Shown here: positions 41,631 to 52,771 of the stretch, one piece after another
Layout: each line of letters starts with the position of its first letter
Numbering within the stretch: the stretch's first letter is position 1
DNA from: Chloropicon primus
Lineage: Eukaryota
Assembly: GCA_023205875.1 (NCBI GenBank)
Contig: CP060763.1
Coordinates: 558,001-622,000, forward strand
Length of the DNA: 64,000 bases
Direction of reading: 5' to 3'
The notes under the pieces: generated by a model
Database searches by the model: none
Told to the model about the DNA's origin: nothing
What the model saw: only the letters and a program-made list of their open reading frames with translations
Made by a program: the position numbers and the translations under genes

Positions 41631-43076
41631 ATGGGTCGGCCGTCGGTTCTGGATCTCTTGGGGGGGAAGAAGAAGGAGGAGGAGGGTGGACGAAAGGCGG
41701 CGATGAAGGTGGAGCGAGGGGGCGAGGCCGGAAGCGGGCGAGTCTTGGGCGAGGGGACGGGGACGAAGAGGAGGGAGGACTCGGCTTGTATTCGACTCGG
41801 GCTGGGCAATGCGGCGACGAAGGAGGGTTCGAGGCGGAGAGCGTGGCTCTACAGGCCTTGCTCGAGGAAGAGAAAACCAGATCAGTCGGCTGGGCGGTTG
41901 TCGCCGCGAGAGGGGGACGCCAAGGTGCGCCGGAGCGCGACGAAGATCTCTGCATCGGACGAGGGGCTGTTGAGGGAGCTCCTGGCTTTCGTGAAGGGCA
42001 CCCCTCAGCTCGCTGGCGCGTCGCCTGGGACGGCTCGCGCGGGCTCCCCGGCCCCCAGGCTCTCCCTTGGCCTGGAGGACGTGATTGAGCGGGACCAAAA
42101 GGAAAGGGCAGTGTCGAGGCGACTGAGTTCCAGGATCCTGCGGCGGAGGAAAGCCAAGGATAGCAAAAAGGCGAGCAAACCGGGGGCATTGGACGAGTGG
42201 AAAGTCCTGGCGGGTCGGTACAGGGATTACCTTCACAGAAAGGGCTTGGGCACTTGCCTGCACTGGGAGCAGAGGTACAGGCCAAGCGATCTTGAGAATC
42301 ACCAGACAGTGAATTCTTCGTCCTGCGAACGCATACGCAGGTGGCTGCAGGGGTGGTCCGCGCGCAGGAGGGACGAGTTCAGCAGCGAGGGGGAGGGAGA
42401 TTTCGTAGACGCGGCGGGAGAGGGCACGGCGAAAGACTTCAAGAAGGCAGGATTGCTGCTAGTTGGGCCTCCGGGGAGCGGCAAGACAGCTGCAATCTCA
42501 GCCCTCGCGGCTTCCTGCCAAAAAGCATTGGTGGAAGTGAACAGCTCGGAGAGCAGAACTGGGGATAGGCTCAAGAAGAAAATCAAGGAGGCGACCCAGT
42601 CGTCGAGTGAGAACTCAAAGGAAGCCGTCTGCGCCATCGAGGAGATCGATGTGAACGTGCAGGAGGATCGCGGCTTCCTCTCCGCAATCGCGGACGTTCT
42701 GAGCACCACGAAGCGGCCAATGATGCTGACCTGCAATGACCTCAAAAGGATTCCGAGCAATATACTGGAGCTGGTAGAGGCCGTGGAATTCAGAAGGCCG
42801 TCCTTGAGGGATCTCTTCTGCCACTGTGCGCTGATCCTGATGGCTGAGTCGGTTCAGGTGGATTGGCAGGCCCTGCTCGGGTGGTTAGAACGCAATGGCG
42901 GGGGGGACTACAGGTCATGCGTCAACAACCTCCAGCTGTGCGGAGGCGCTGCGAGCGGGTGCCTTGGAAACGGCCAGGCTGCCGGTGATGGCGATCTGCC
43001 AACAGGCTGCGGGGTAGAGTTGGCGAGCCAGATGGATACGAAAACATTTGAGAGAATTGTCGCGCAGGAGGAGTAA
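41631..43076 (+). CDS. Elg1/ATAD5-like RFC-family AAA+ protein
   Basis: WEQRYRP, GPPGSGKT, EVNSSESR, IEEIDV..EDRGF, KRPMMLTCN, GDYRSCVNNLQ. Confidence 0.8.
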   Translation: MGRPSVLDLLGGKKKEEEGGRKAAMKVERGGEAGSGRVLGEGTGTKRREDSACIRLGLGNAATKEGSRRRAWLYRPCSRKRKPDQSAGRLSPREGDAKVRRSATKISASDEGLLRELLAFVKGTPQLAGASPGTARAGSPAPRLSLGLEDVIERDQKERAVSRRLSSRILRRRKAKDSKKASKPGALDEWKVLAGRYRDYLHRKGLGTCLHWEQRYRPSDLENHQTVNSSSCERIRRWLQGWSARRRDEFSSEGEGDFVDAAGEGTAKDFKKAGLLLVGPPGSGKTAAISALAASCQKALVEVNSSESRTGDRLKKKIKEATQSSSENSKEAVCAIEEIDVNVQEDRGFLSAIADVLSTTKRPMMLTCNDLKRIPSNILELVEAVEFRRPSLRDLFCHCALILMAESVQVDWQALLGWLERNGGGDYRSCVNNLQLCGGAASGCLGNGQAAGDGDLPTGCGVELASQMDTKTFERIVAQEE

Positions 43077-43183
43077 AGCCAAAAAAAATCAATATAGTCG
43101 ATTCAAAAATGCGGCGATCTCATAGTATAGCGTAATCCCCGTCCCCCAAACCCCTTCCCCGTCATCCCTGGCCCGCAAAATCT

Positions 43184-45382
43184 CTAGAACGTGTCCGAGT
43201 TATCCGGTAGCCTGTCCCACAAGTTCATCACTACGCCCTTGGCGTCGTTCCGCAGCTGCGGAGGCCTCATGAGGTAGCACCCAGCCAGCAGAGCGATGTA
43301 ATTGGGCGGTATCACGACAAGAAGCGCCGCGGCCAGCAGGCAAGTTGCAACGAACATAGTGCTTAGCCTCGGATCGGTCCAGAACACGAGGTGGAGAGCC
43401 TTCTCCACTCGCGAGGATATCAAAGCCACGTTGTTTGAAAACTCTTGGGAGATCCTCGCCACCGTCTTGATCCTCCTCCTCAAGTTGGAACTCTGAGTCT
43501 CCCCATGGTACGGAGACATTTTCTGCTCCTTGGAACTGGAGCCCAGCAGCTCCGAGGACCCTTCATCGACCATGTCGTCGTAAGCCTCCCCCGTGTCCTG
43601 CACCAGGTGCTCTTGCTCCCCGCTGGCGTCCCACCTAGGGCTGCCAGAGGGAGTGTCGTCCCCCTCCAATGTCCTGGAGGTGTCCGCGACCCTCCACGTC
43701 TTGTAGCTGACGAACTTGCTTTTGAACAATATCGAGTACTGGATGTTGGACTGGTACTGGTAGAGGGGCACCGCGGCGACGACCAGCAGCAAAACTGATG
43801 GAATGTACTTTGGGGTCAGGCATAACCTGCAGTAGCTGAGCAGCACCAAGATTGACGCCACGGGCTGCTGCCAAGACTGCAGGAATTTGAAGATCCTCGC
43901 AAACGGCTCCAAGATCAGGTCCACTTCCTGCTTTGCGTTTTTCGCCCTCCTCAGGGTCCTCCTCGCGCTGGTAATGGATGCCGTGAGGGAGTAGTCCCCG
44001 CTCTTGCTCCAGAGGTCCATCAGGTCCTCCGTGCTCAGCGACTTGAGCTCGTCCGGCATGGTCTGCATCACGGGCAGCTGCCTTGTCTTTGTATTCACCG
44101 GGGAGCAATAGACGTCGAGAACCTGCCAAAGAGATTCGTAGTTCAGGCACACCGACACGAGGACATAAGGGTTTGCCCTCTGTATCAGCTTGCTGGAAAG
44201 CAGGTTCATTTTCAGGTGGCACTTCTTGTTCGCAGGGAAGCACGAGGGCTGGATCTCTATCTTTCCCAGCAGCCTGGACGTCCGGAACCTCTCTTTCATT
44301 CCCGAGAAGGGCATGTGCACCTCCTCCACGAACGCGATCGTAATGTAACTCGTTGGCTCCAAAAGGTGGAACTCAAAGATGTCATTGAACGTGGGGGTGG
44401 ACGACTTGGGAACCATCTTGCTCTTCTTCCAGTGCGTCCCGCTGTATCCCACGTGGTGGAGAACCGCGTAGATAGAAGTGTTCCCGGCGAGGCTCAAGAA
44501 GTTGTAGTTGTGCAGGTCACAGATTTTGTGCAGGTGAATCCGGATGGACAGGGGCGCTTCCAGAGCTTTGTCGTCTCTCGACTCTCTGCTCGGGGAGAGG
44601 TCCATCTTCGACGTCGAGAGCGGTCTGCTTTCCGGCGAAACCGCGGCGCTCGGGCTCCTTCCAATGGTTCCAGCCGTCCAAGCCTCGTCGAGCAAGTCGA
44701 TAATCTTCTCCGAAACTCCCTCTGCGTTAAATATGTCCTCGTCCATGACGTGCATCCTCCTCTCCTCCGTAGCCATGGGCTCTGGGGTGGAGTCCGCCAG
44801 GGTCTGTGGGCTCGACGTCGCCGTCGTGCTGTCATCGGGGAGGTCAAACCACCCGTCCTCCTCTTGCTCGGTGGGCATGAGAGCGAGCTGCACCCCGAGC
44901 TTCGATTTGGGGCCGCAGGAGGTTCCCTTGAGGTCCAGAATCTCGACAAACCAAGCACCCTCGTCCGCTTGGATCCTCGGCACTTTGTCCAGATTCACCT
45001 TCGTGGAAGCCAGGGTAACCATCGAGTGCTTGCCCAAACTCATCTTCGTCCGCGTCGCCAGCGTGAAGACGACGTAGTGCCGCTCCCTCTCGTTCACTTT
45101 TCCGAGGTGCAAAGAGGTCTCACCGGGCCACTTCATCTCGTTCGTGACCGGGGAGGTCTGGCAGCCGTCAACCTCCACCTGAGCGACGCACGCGTTGGTA
45201 TCTTGGTTCCAAACTTGAACGAACAGCTTGGGCTTCTTCGTGAACGTGGCGTAAAGCTCCTGGACCAGTCGGCTGGTCTGAAGTTTCAGGTTGCAGACCC
45301 GAAGCCCGGATACCACCAGGGTCCACGATCCTAGGTTCCTGTGCATGATTGAGGCTTCCACCTCCCCGAACCCGTTCTCCAT
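43184..45382 (-). CDS. C2-domain membrane protein with PRT_C-like C-terminus (MCTP-like)
   Basis: C2 segment (SSTPTFNDIFEF, LLGKIEI), SWQQP plus TM, EKALHLVFWTDPRLS, LRPP-like motif and WDRLP. Confidence 0.75.
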   Translation of the reverse strand: MENGFGEVEASIMHRNLGSWTLVVSGLRVCNLKLQTSRLVQELYATFTKKPKLFVQVWNQDTNACVAQVEVDGCQTSPVTNEMKWPGETSLHLGKVNERERHYVVFTLATRTKMSLGKHSMVTLASTKVNLDKVPRIQADEGAWFVEILDLKGTSCGPKSKLGVQLALMPTEQEEDGWFDLPDDSTTATSSPQTLADSTPEPMATEERRMHVMDEDIFNAEGVSEKIIDLLDEAWTAGTIGRSPSAAVSPESRPLSTSKMDLSPSRESRDDKALEAPLSIRIHLHKICDLHNYNFLSLAGNTSIYAVLHHVGYSGTHWKKSKMVPKSSTPTFNDIFEFHLLEPTSYITIAFVEEVHMPFSGMKERFRTSRLLGKIEIQPSCFPANKKCHLKMNLLSSKLIQRANPYVLVSVCLNYESLWQVLDVYCSPVNTKTRQLPVMQTMPDELKSLSTEDLMDLWSKSGDYSLTASITSARRTLRRAKNAKQEVDLILEPFARIFKFLQSWQQPVASILVLLSYCRLCLTPKYIPSVLLLVVAAVPLYQYQSNIQYSILFKSKFVSYKTWRVADTSRTLEGDDTPSGSPRWDASGEQEHLVQDTGEAYDDMVDEGSSELLGSSSKEQKMSPYHGETQSSNLRRRIKTVARISQEFSNNVALISSRVEKALHLVFWTDPRLSTMFVATCLLAAALLVVIPPNYIALLAGCYLMRPPQLRNDAKGVVMNLWDRLPDNSDTF

Positions 45383-46094
45383 GGTGGTGACACCTACGCC
45401 GTTCCCCTTCCTCTTCTCAGTCAGCAGGCCCTTCCATGCCTCTCTCTCTCTCTCTGTCTCTGTGTCTCTCTCTATGCTTTTGCTTTTGTGTTTCTCTTTG
45501 CCTGTCAACCGCCCTAAACTGGCTCAAAGTCACCCAAACCGCGGAGAGAGCTCAAACCATCGTCCATCCTCCATCCGCAAGTCCACCTCCGGCCTCTCTC
45601 TCTCTCTCTCTCTCTCTATGCCTCCCCGAGCACAGAGCTGATGTAGGAAGCCCACCAGGACACAAAGGCCTCCAACCTCACAAGGTCCTAAGGGGATACC
45701 AAGGTACAAAGGGGATGCCGAACGAGGAACGAAGCCCCACAGCCGTGGAGTGCTTGCTCTAGGTGGTACTCTGGCCACCCCAAGGTAGTCCCTTGCCCCT
45801 TCCTCCTGGCTGCCTTGGGAGGTGTCCAAGATCACAAAGGAAAAAAATTAACGACCGAGCGCGAGCGTCGGGTCGAGCGAGTGAGGAGGACAGCACGACT
45901 GGTCGAGAGGTCGAGACCTTTCCGTCGGTCGGGAGAGCCTCGCTCGAGGGGGCGGTCGCTTTGCTTGGATGTCCAGGGACGACGCCCGTGGGGAGAGGGT
46001 GAAGCAAGATCGATCGAGGTCGGATCAAGGGGAGTGAGTGAGTGAGTGTGTGTGTGTGTGTGTTGTGTGTGTTGTGTGCTTGAGTGTGAGTGCG

Positions 46095-46856
46095 ATGTTT
46101 GACCTTCACGTCGGGTCGAAGCCGAGCGAAGCCTTCGTGCAGAGGGCGGAATCTCTCGGGTACAAGTGCATCGCGCGGGTACACAAACCCTCGGAGGCCA
46201 GCGGCAAGGAAGACGCTGCCGAGGACTCCTGCCCGGCAGATGAAGCTCGGTTGAAGGTGCTGAGGAGAGTCAACTTGGGTGCCTCCTGGGAAGCTGTTCC
46301 CAAGTTCAGGCAGGCTTACGACCTCGTGGGGGTGGAGTTTGACGGGTCGGCGCCCCCTGAAACCTTCAAGAGGCTGTGCGAGAAAGCGGAGTGCGACATC
46401 ATAACGCTCGACCTGTCCAAGTCCCAGCTGGCTGTGCACTTGCAGCCGGCCACAGTGCAGGCTGCGCTGAAGAGGGGCCTCGTGTTCGAGATCTTGTACT
46501 CGCCCGTCCTCGTGTCGGAGGAGACGAGGCGGCGAAACATTTTCAGCAACGCGAAGCTGCTGGTGAGGAGCACGAGGGGCAGGGGCCTCGTCCTGTCGAG
46601 CGGCACGGGGAACCCCCTGGACCTCAGGAGCCCCCTGGACGTTGCCAATCTGGCGACCCTCTTCGGCCTGAAGCCCGCACAAGCCAAAGTCGCGTTGGAA
46701 GGGGCTTGCAAGGACCTCGTGGAGAAGGCTCGTGCGAAGAAGGTGTTCAAAAGGGGCTTCCACCTGAGAGAAAAGTCGAGCGAGGAGATTGCCCAACAAC
46801 GGGAGGAGGAGGAGAAGCTTCGGAAGAAGAAGAAGCCGAAGATACTCAAGTACTGA
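46095..46856 (+). CDS. RPP30: RNase P/MRP subunit p30
   Basis: DIITLD, ALKRGLVFEILYSP, GRGLVLSSG, LRSPLDVANLATLFGL. Confidence 0.9.
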   Translation: MFDLHVGSKPSEAFVQRAESLGYKCIARVHKPSEASGKEDAAEDSCPADEARLKVLRRVNLGASWEAVPKFRQAYDLVGVEFDGSAPPETFKRLCEKAECDIITLDLSKSQLAVHLQPATVQAALKRGLVFEILYSPVLVSEETRRRNIFSNAKLLVRSTRGRGLVLSSGTGNPLDLRSPLDVANLATLFGLKPAQAKVALEGACKDLVEKARAKKVFKRGFHLREKSSEEIAQQREEEEKLRKKKKPKILKY

Positions 46857-47088
46857 CGGATGAGGTCGAAGGATCGCGGGCTGAGAAGAACCCCGCATAA
46901 CTGTATTGTGTATTCATATTATAAGCTTGCTGTACTCTCTTGCTGCTTCAAAAACCAGATCCTGGCACAGAGCCGCCTCGTTCACATCCAGCAGAAGGGG
47001 GAGAGAGAAGCGGTGATAGCGGGTTGCAACAGTAAAGCAGACCAGTATTTTACAAGTTCGAAGAATACACACCCCAACTGTCATTTTT

Positions 47089-47809
47089 TTAATCCTTGCT
47101 GGTGACGACGAGCAGGCCCAGGAACCCAATAAGAAGGAACTTGATCATCGGATAGTCGTTCATGTAGATGGTGGCCATGCCCGCGTGAGGAAGGTAGCCT
47201 ACCGCCCTTCCAAGCAAGTTTTCCTCGTGTATCCAGTCTACCCCAGGGTCGTACAAGACGCGGTCGTCGTTGTAGTTGTTGTCGCCCTTGGTGAGTATGT
47301 CGATCTGTTGACCCTCATCAAACTCTCCGCTCTTCTTGTGCATTCTCAACACCCTGTGCACAATAGGTATGTCCCTGCCCGGTAAGTTGAAGACCACAAT
47401 GTCCCCCGTCCCCACTTCTTTTTCGCCGTTGTACAAGAAAAGAATGTCGCCCCTCTCGAAAGCCGGCTCCATGCTCCCGCTCAACACCACCACAACCTGA
47501 GAGACAGACGAACGCAGACGCAGACGAAAGAGATCGGGTCGAAACGAACCCGAGGTGTCAGCTCACGCTCCCCCTGGACTGTCGCTGACCCCTCGCCCCC
47601 CCCCCCCTCGGTGCCAACGAGCGAGACCACAACGAAGGAGGAGGAAAGAAAGAAAGACTTACGGGAGACTCCGATCCGGTGGCGAGGATAAGACACTTCC
47701 ATATCATGAACGCCGAGGACACGATGAGCGCTAGGCCAAGCACCTGCGACACGAACTGTCGGATGCTCATGCCCCTGAGCTCGTCCACTATCTCGCCAAA
47801 CAAACCCAT
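47089..47809 (-). CDS. SEC11: Signal peptidase complex catalytic subunit; intron 47662-47497
   Basis: TGSESP|VVVVLSGSMEPAFERGD, PIVHRV, LTKGDNN. Confidence 0.96.
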
Positions 47810-48214
47810 GACAACCAGCCTATTGAAAACCAACGAAGAACAGAGAGGAGGAGGAGGAGAGATCTCGTTCCGTGCTCGTGCGTCTACTCGTGCGTCTACT
47901 CAAACGACCAAGAGAAGAGCGCTTCGCAAAGAAAAAAAGCACAACGTGCGTCTAGAGGGATTCGCCCAACCAGCGGTGCTCTCCTCCCGCCCTCCCGTCG
48001 TCACCAGACAGACCTCCTTGCACCTCTCGGCCGCGTCCCTTCCGTTCTTGAAAATCAAGAGAGAGAGAGTTTGGGCTTGGCTATAACGGCTGAGTGGGGC
48101 TGCTCGTGATACAATCCATTACAAGTGGGAGGGTGTGAGGGCAAGGCACGGAGGGGTGCTTTGCGCGTGTGGCACATGACGATGTTCATGTTGCTTTTGG
48201 TGTTGATGATGCCA

Positions 48215-49559
48215 TCAATTTTGTTCCGACTCGACGAGGTGCTTGTACGACGCCGGTGACGCCTTGCCGGTCGTGCTGCTTGTGGTCTCCCTTGCTGCCA
48301 TGACGATCCAGATGCCAAGCATGACAGGGAGGGATCCGAGGTAAGACAAGTGCAAGGGCTCCTTCAAGAGAATGAAGCTCAGCGCCGCGGTGAACACCGG
48401 AACGATTGTGGACCACGCCGTGAGCACGGTGGCGCTCACGTACTTGTTGCAGATGCTGTTCAGCAAGTACTTTAGAACGGAGTTGAAGAGTACTGCGAAA
48501 GTGAGCGCGATCACGCCGATTTTGGAGAGCCTCCAACTCTCCCCGCCGTAGTCCGCGAACAGCACGGCCGAGAGAGCCATGAACCCAAAACCAAAGAAGT
48601 ACTCCCAGGACGTCACGAGAACGGCGCCGTATCGCTTGAGGGTCTCCTTTTGAATGATGTAGTACACCGCCGACGCGAAAGAACCCACGAGCAGAACGAC
48701 AATGCCGAGAAGGGAGTCCCCCTTCGCGGTCCCCGTGCCTACCTTCATGCAGAAAGCCCCGAAGATTGCGAGGCAAACGCCGAGAATGGTGGACCACTTG
48801 AACTTCTCTCTGCCCGTGCACATTCCAATGGCCGCGGCGAACACCGGCAAGGTCAAGTTGCAGATGCTTCCGGTCGTTCCTGAAGACGGCCAACGCCAGT
48901 GGGGGATCGCGGAAAAGAAACGATGGAGGTCAGTGCCTGCGCTGCTTCTCGACGGCGACGGGAAGAAGAAAGTCGAGGAGGCAGGATTCTCCGAGGCCCG
49001 AGCACCTCCGCTTACCATTCGTCAGCTCAACACCCAAAAGGAACAAGAGCTGGTTCATGTAAATCCCAAGAAAACCTTGCAGCGCAATCCTGGCAACGTC
49101 GGCCTTGGTGTTGGGCCACCAAGACCTCCGATTCTCCTGATGGCGACCTTGAGATAAGGCGATGCAATAAAGGATCGGACACGCGGCCGCGTCCCTGTAC
49201 GTGGAGAACACGATGGGATCGATGCCACCGTGGTGTCTGCTCGACTTCCCAATCACCTGAGCAATGATGTTGTATATCGCATTGATCACTGCAAGTACAG
49301 CAGACCAAACGAGAGGGAGAGAGGGGGGTCAGAGAGGCCAGGGAGTCAAAGATGTCCCCCTTCTCCTTCGTCGCCAAGGCCGTCGTCTTGACCATCGCCC
49401 GAGGAAGGGAGAGGTACTCCTTGGACCATCGAACTTACCTGCGACTGATAGCAACCCCCCTTGGACGTTCCTCATCCTCCCAGGTCCCTCAAGACCACTC
49501 CTCTCCCTCCTCGGCTCGGTCGGCAAAGGCTCCCGCGCTTTTCTGCTTCTGCTCCTCAT
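48215..49559 (-). CDS. EamA/DMT transporter (WAT1/UMAMIT-like); exons 49559-49439, 49288-49016, 48879-48215
   Basis: PIVFSTYRD, GIYMNQLLFLLG, about 10 TM segments; phase-compatible introns. Confidence 0.85.
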
Positions 49560-49789
49560 TTTTTCATAACGCGCGCGCTGGAGGAGAGGAAAGTTGGGCA
49601 CGAGGGGAACGCTTCGAGGGGGCGCAGAGGTTGCAGGGCGAACGTTCGTTCGCAAGGGCTTTCCATAGGTATCTCGTTGGACGGGGTTTTTCTTTTTTTC
49701 GCGACAGGTCTCGGTCTCACCGTAACGGTGAGAGGTTGCGTTTGGGAGTTGCGTTTGGCCTGCCTCCGTAACGAAGTTCTGGAGTCGAG

Positions 49790-50121
49790 ATGAACGCGAA
49801 CTTGCAGAAGTTGTTCCAGGCGAAGATACTTGCGTCCCCGGGGGCTACTTATGAGCAGAAGGTTAACGTGCGTAACAGGACGGAAACGGACGAGCAAGCA
49901 TTCAGACTTTTTCGGGGACTGACTCTGACTCTGTGCCCTTTCCTTCGCCTCGTTGTTTCTTGCGCGCGCAGGAAGCCGCGGTTCTTATCGGCACTGGGGC
50001 GGCGTTTCAGGGGCTGCTCGTGTTCTGCATCCTCGTTGTCATCTTCTTGATGATCTTCATACGCGCCCTCAACTACCACCGCGGCAACTCTCCGTGGGAC
50101 TCCGCAAGCAAAAGGCGGTGA
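49790..50121 (+). CDS. 73-aa single-TM microprotein; intron 49862-49971
   Basis: MNANLQKLFQAKILASPGATYEQK|EAAVLIGTGAAFQGLLVFCILVVIFLMIFIRALNYHRGNSPWDSASKRR; phase-0 GT-AG intron with CTGAC branch point. Confidence 0.6.
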
Positions 50122-50221
50122 CGACGGACGCTTTGAGGCAGAGTGCGAGCCTGGCTCAGGAAAAAGAAACTAAAGTGAATAAAAAAGTTCGTTCTGCTTA
50201 TTACTACACATACACACACCT

Positions 50222-52016
50222 TCAGGCAAAGGGATTCCCGGAGGAAAAGTTGCTGCTGGGGTTGACGTTGGCGGCCGGTGATGGCGCTTGAGACATGGAG
50301 CCGGCACCGAATTGTTGGAACTGCATCGCGTTCGCTTGAGCGACGCCAGGTCCCATGTTCGGCTGCGGGGGCTGCTGCTGGTACTGCATGCCGGGCATCA
50401 CCACGTTCCCTCGACCGGCAGGCATGCCCATGTTCGGCTGCTGCTGCTGGTACTGCATGCCGGGCATCACCACGTTCCCTCGACCGGCAGGCATGCCCAT
50501 GTTCGGCTGCTGCTGCTGGTACTGCATGCCGGGCATCACCACGTTCCCTCGGCCGGCAGGCATAGCCATGTTCGGCTGCTGCTGCATTTGAGGCATCACC
50601 ACGTTCCCTCGACCGGCAGGCATGCCCATGTTCGGCTGCTGGTACTGCATGCCGGGCATCACCACGTTTCCTGGACGGGCAGGCATGCCCATGTTGGGAC
50701 TGGTGCTGAACTGCTGGAAGTGCATGCCAGGCATCGCGTTTCCCGGGCTGCCGCTCACGCCCATTTGCCCCTGCTGGGCCATCATAGGATGCCCTGTGTA
50801 ATTCTGAGGCACGGGCTGGGGTGGAGTCGGACCTCCTTGTGCGTAACCAAAAGCTTGTTGTCCACCAGCAGGAGGTTGGGGCGAGGGTGACAGATCGCCG
50901 CTGAAGAGATCAAGTGGGAGAGCTTTCCGCGGTTCTTCTTTTGCTGGCGGCTCGGGCTCCTCGGGTTCCGCTGGCGGCGGCACCTGCGCTTCCGCCGTAC
51001 CCGCACCTCCTGTTGCTGGAGGTTGCTGCGAAACCTCCTTGGGCGCAGGCGAGTCAAAGGCTACCCAGTCGTTCGATTGGACTGGCTGGGCCGGCTCAGG
51101 GGCTAGGGCAGCAGCTCCTGGCCCCGACATGGCAAAGGGGTCGCTCTGCGTCGTCGTCGCTGCTGGAGGCGCCGCAACGGGAACGGGAACGGGAGCTGCG
51201 ACGGGTTCGCTCCCAAAGGTTGCCCAGCCGGAAGACGGTTGGCTGGCGTGCTCTGGTGCATTCTGGCTCGTGCCACCGAGTTTTCCTTCGCTCGAGTTCG
51301 GCATTGCAAAGGGGTCGGACGATGCGGGGGCTGCAGGAGCCACGGGAGTCGTTTGAGCGTCTTCCCCGAAAGCAACCCAGCTGCTCGTACTCGCGACGGA
51401 CGTCGGCGCTGGAACTGGAACCGGAGCTGGCACTGGGGCGGGGGGCGACACCATCTGCGGTGCCCTCATATCCGCCGGCATTTCCTTCACTGGGGGAGGC
51501 TCGTTCGGCTGGACGCTCTCCCGCTTGACGAAACGCTTTCTTTCGAAAACAGAATCGATGAACCTGCTTATGGCTTTCTCGTTCCTGTGCGCGTTTAAGA
51601 GACGGAGAGAACGGCGTGCGTCAGCGTTGATCGAGTACGACGGCGGTGCGGGGCAAAACTGCGCCAAGACTCCTCGACGAGGAAGCTCTTTGAACTCACC
51701 CTTCCTCGGGCACCTGGATTTGCTCCTTGGTCCACTCCGCCAGCCACTTCTGTCTCCCTTTCTCGTTTCCCCAGAGCTTGAGCGCTTCCACCTCTTCGGG
51801 AGTGAACGAGGCGTACGAGATCGACTTGACCCGATACCCGAAGCCCCTGTGAACGCCAGAACACGTCGTGCAGATGAACGTAGCAAAGGTCGTGCAAACA
51901 TATTGAGGCGTCGTTTTCGTCGTGCAAGAGAAGCAACTTCGGTTCTCGGGCAGCCTCAGGAGACCGCGTATGATCTTCTCATGCTGCGCCTCCAACTTCT
52001 TCGCCCGGGAGTTCAT
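50222..52016 (-). CDS. ArfGAP (AGD14/AGFG-like); intron 51699-51585
   Basis: NRSCFSC..FICTTCSGVHR zinc finger, VKSISYASFTPEEV, WxxF and DPF motifs, C-terminal NPF. Confidence 0.9.
50355..50697 (-). repeat. Coding tandem repeat, about 5 x PNMGMPAGRGNVVMPGMQYQ(n)
   Basis: Near-identical 60-70 bp units inside the ArfGAP tail. Confidence 0.9.
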
Positions 52017-52771
52017 CGTGGCCCTCGTCTTCGCTTGGCATCCAGCAGCAACAACAAAACCAAAAGTGTAGTGTGATGTGAAAGATCTCAGTTTTTTTTT
52101 CCTCACAAAATCTTCTCCACGACGCCACTCCTTTCGAGAACCTCTCGAGTCGGTGGCAAGGCGAGCAGACGAAAGGTTCCGAGTCGTGCTCCCCTCCCTC
52201 GTTTCCTCTTTCGTCGTCGTCGGCTGCGGTGTTGAGACGTAACTCACCTCGTTGGCGCGCCTCTCGCTCTTTTTTTCAGGATCCTGGTCACCCGCCCTAA
52301 GATCGAAAATTCAATTGATCCCAAGGACAAGATTGAGACGTTGGGAGAAGACAGAGGACTATGACTTTTGGTTTGGTTTGGTTGAGGAAGTTGTGTCCAG
52401 TGACGAGGGATTGAGGTAAAGAGGGCGCAGGGACCGGGACAAGGTCGTTCATTGGTCCACACACCTCCTTGCTTGGCATCCTTGAACGACCGTGTGGCGC
52501 AAAGATCGCACCTTTGGCTCTCTCTCTCTCTCTCTCTCTCTGCTGTCTTGGTTTTCCTAGGGAAAGGAGGGAACTTGTCTCGAGGGAGAGACAGTGTCCA
52601 GTGGCGAAGGGTTTGAGGGAACAAAAGTTCGTCGACGCGAAAGTTCATCTCGAGGGCTTTCCATTGGACTCTTTTTCAAGGAGTTTGACGCTTGAGAGGA
52701 GCGGTGGTTGCCTGTCCAAGGATTTGGTCGGTGCTCCTTTGCAGGAATCGTGAGTCGGGAAAGGTTGAGAG

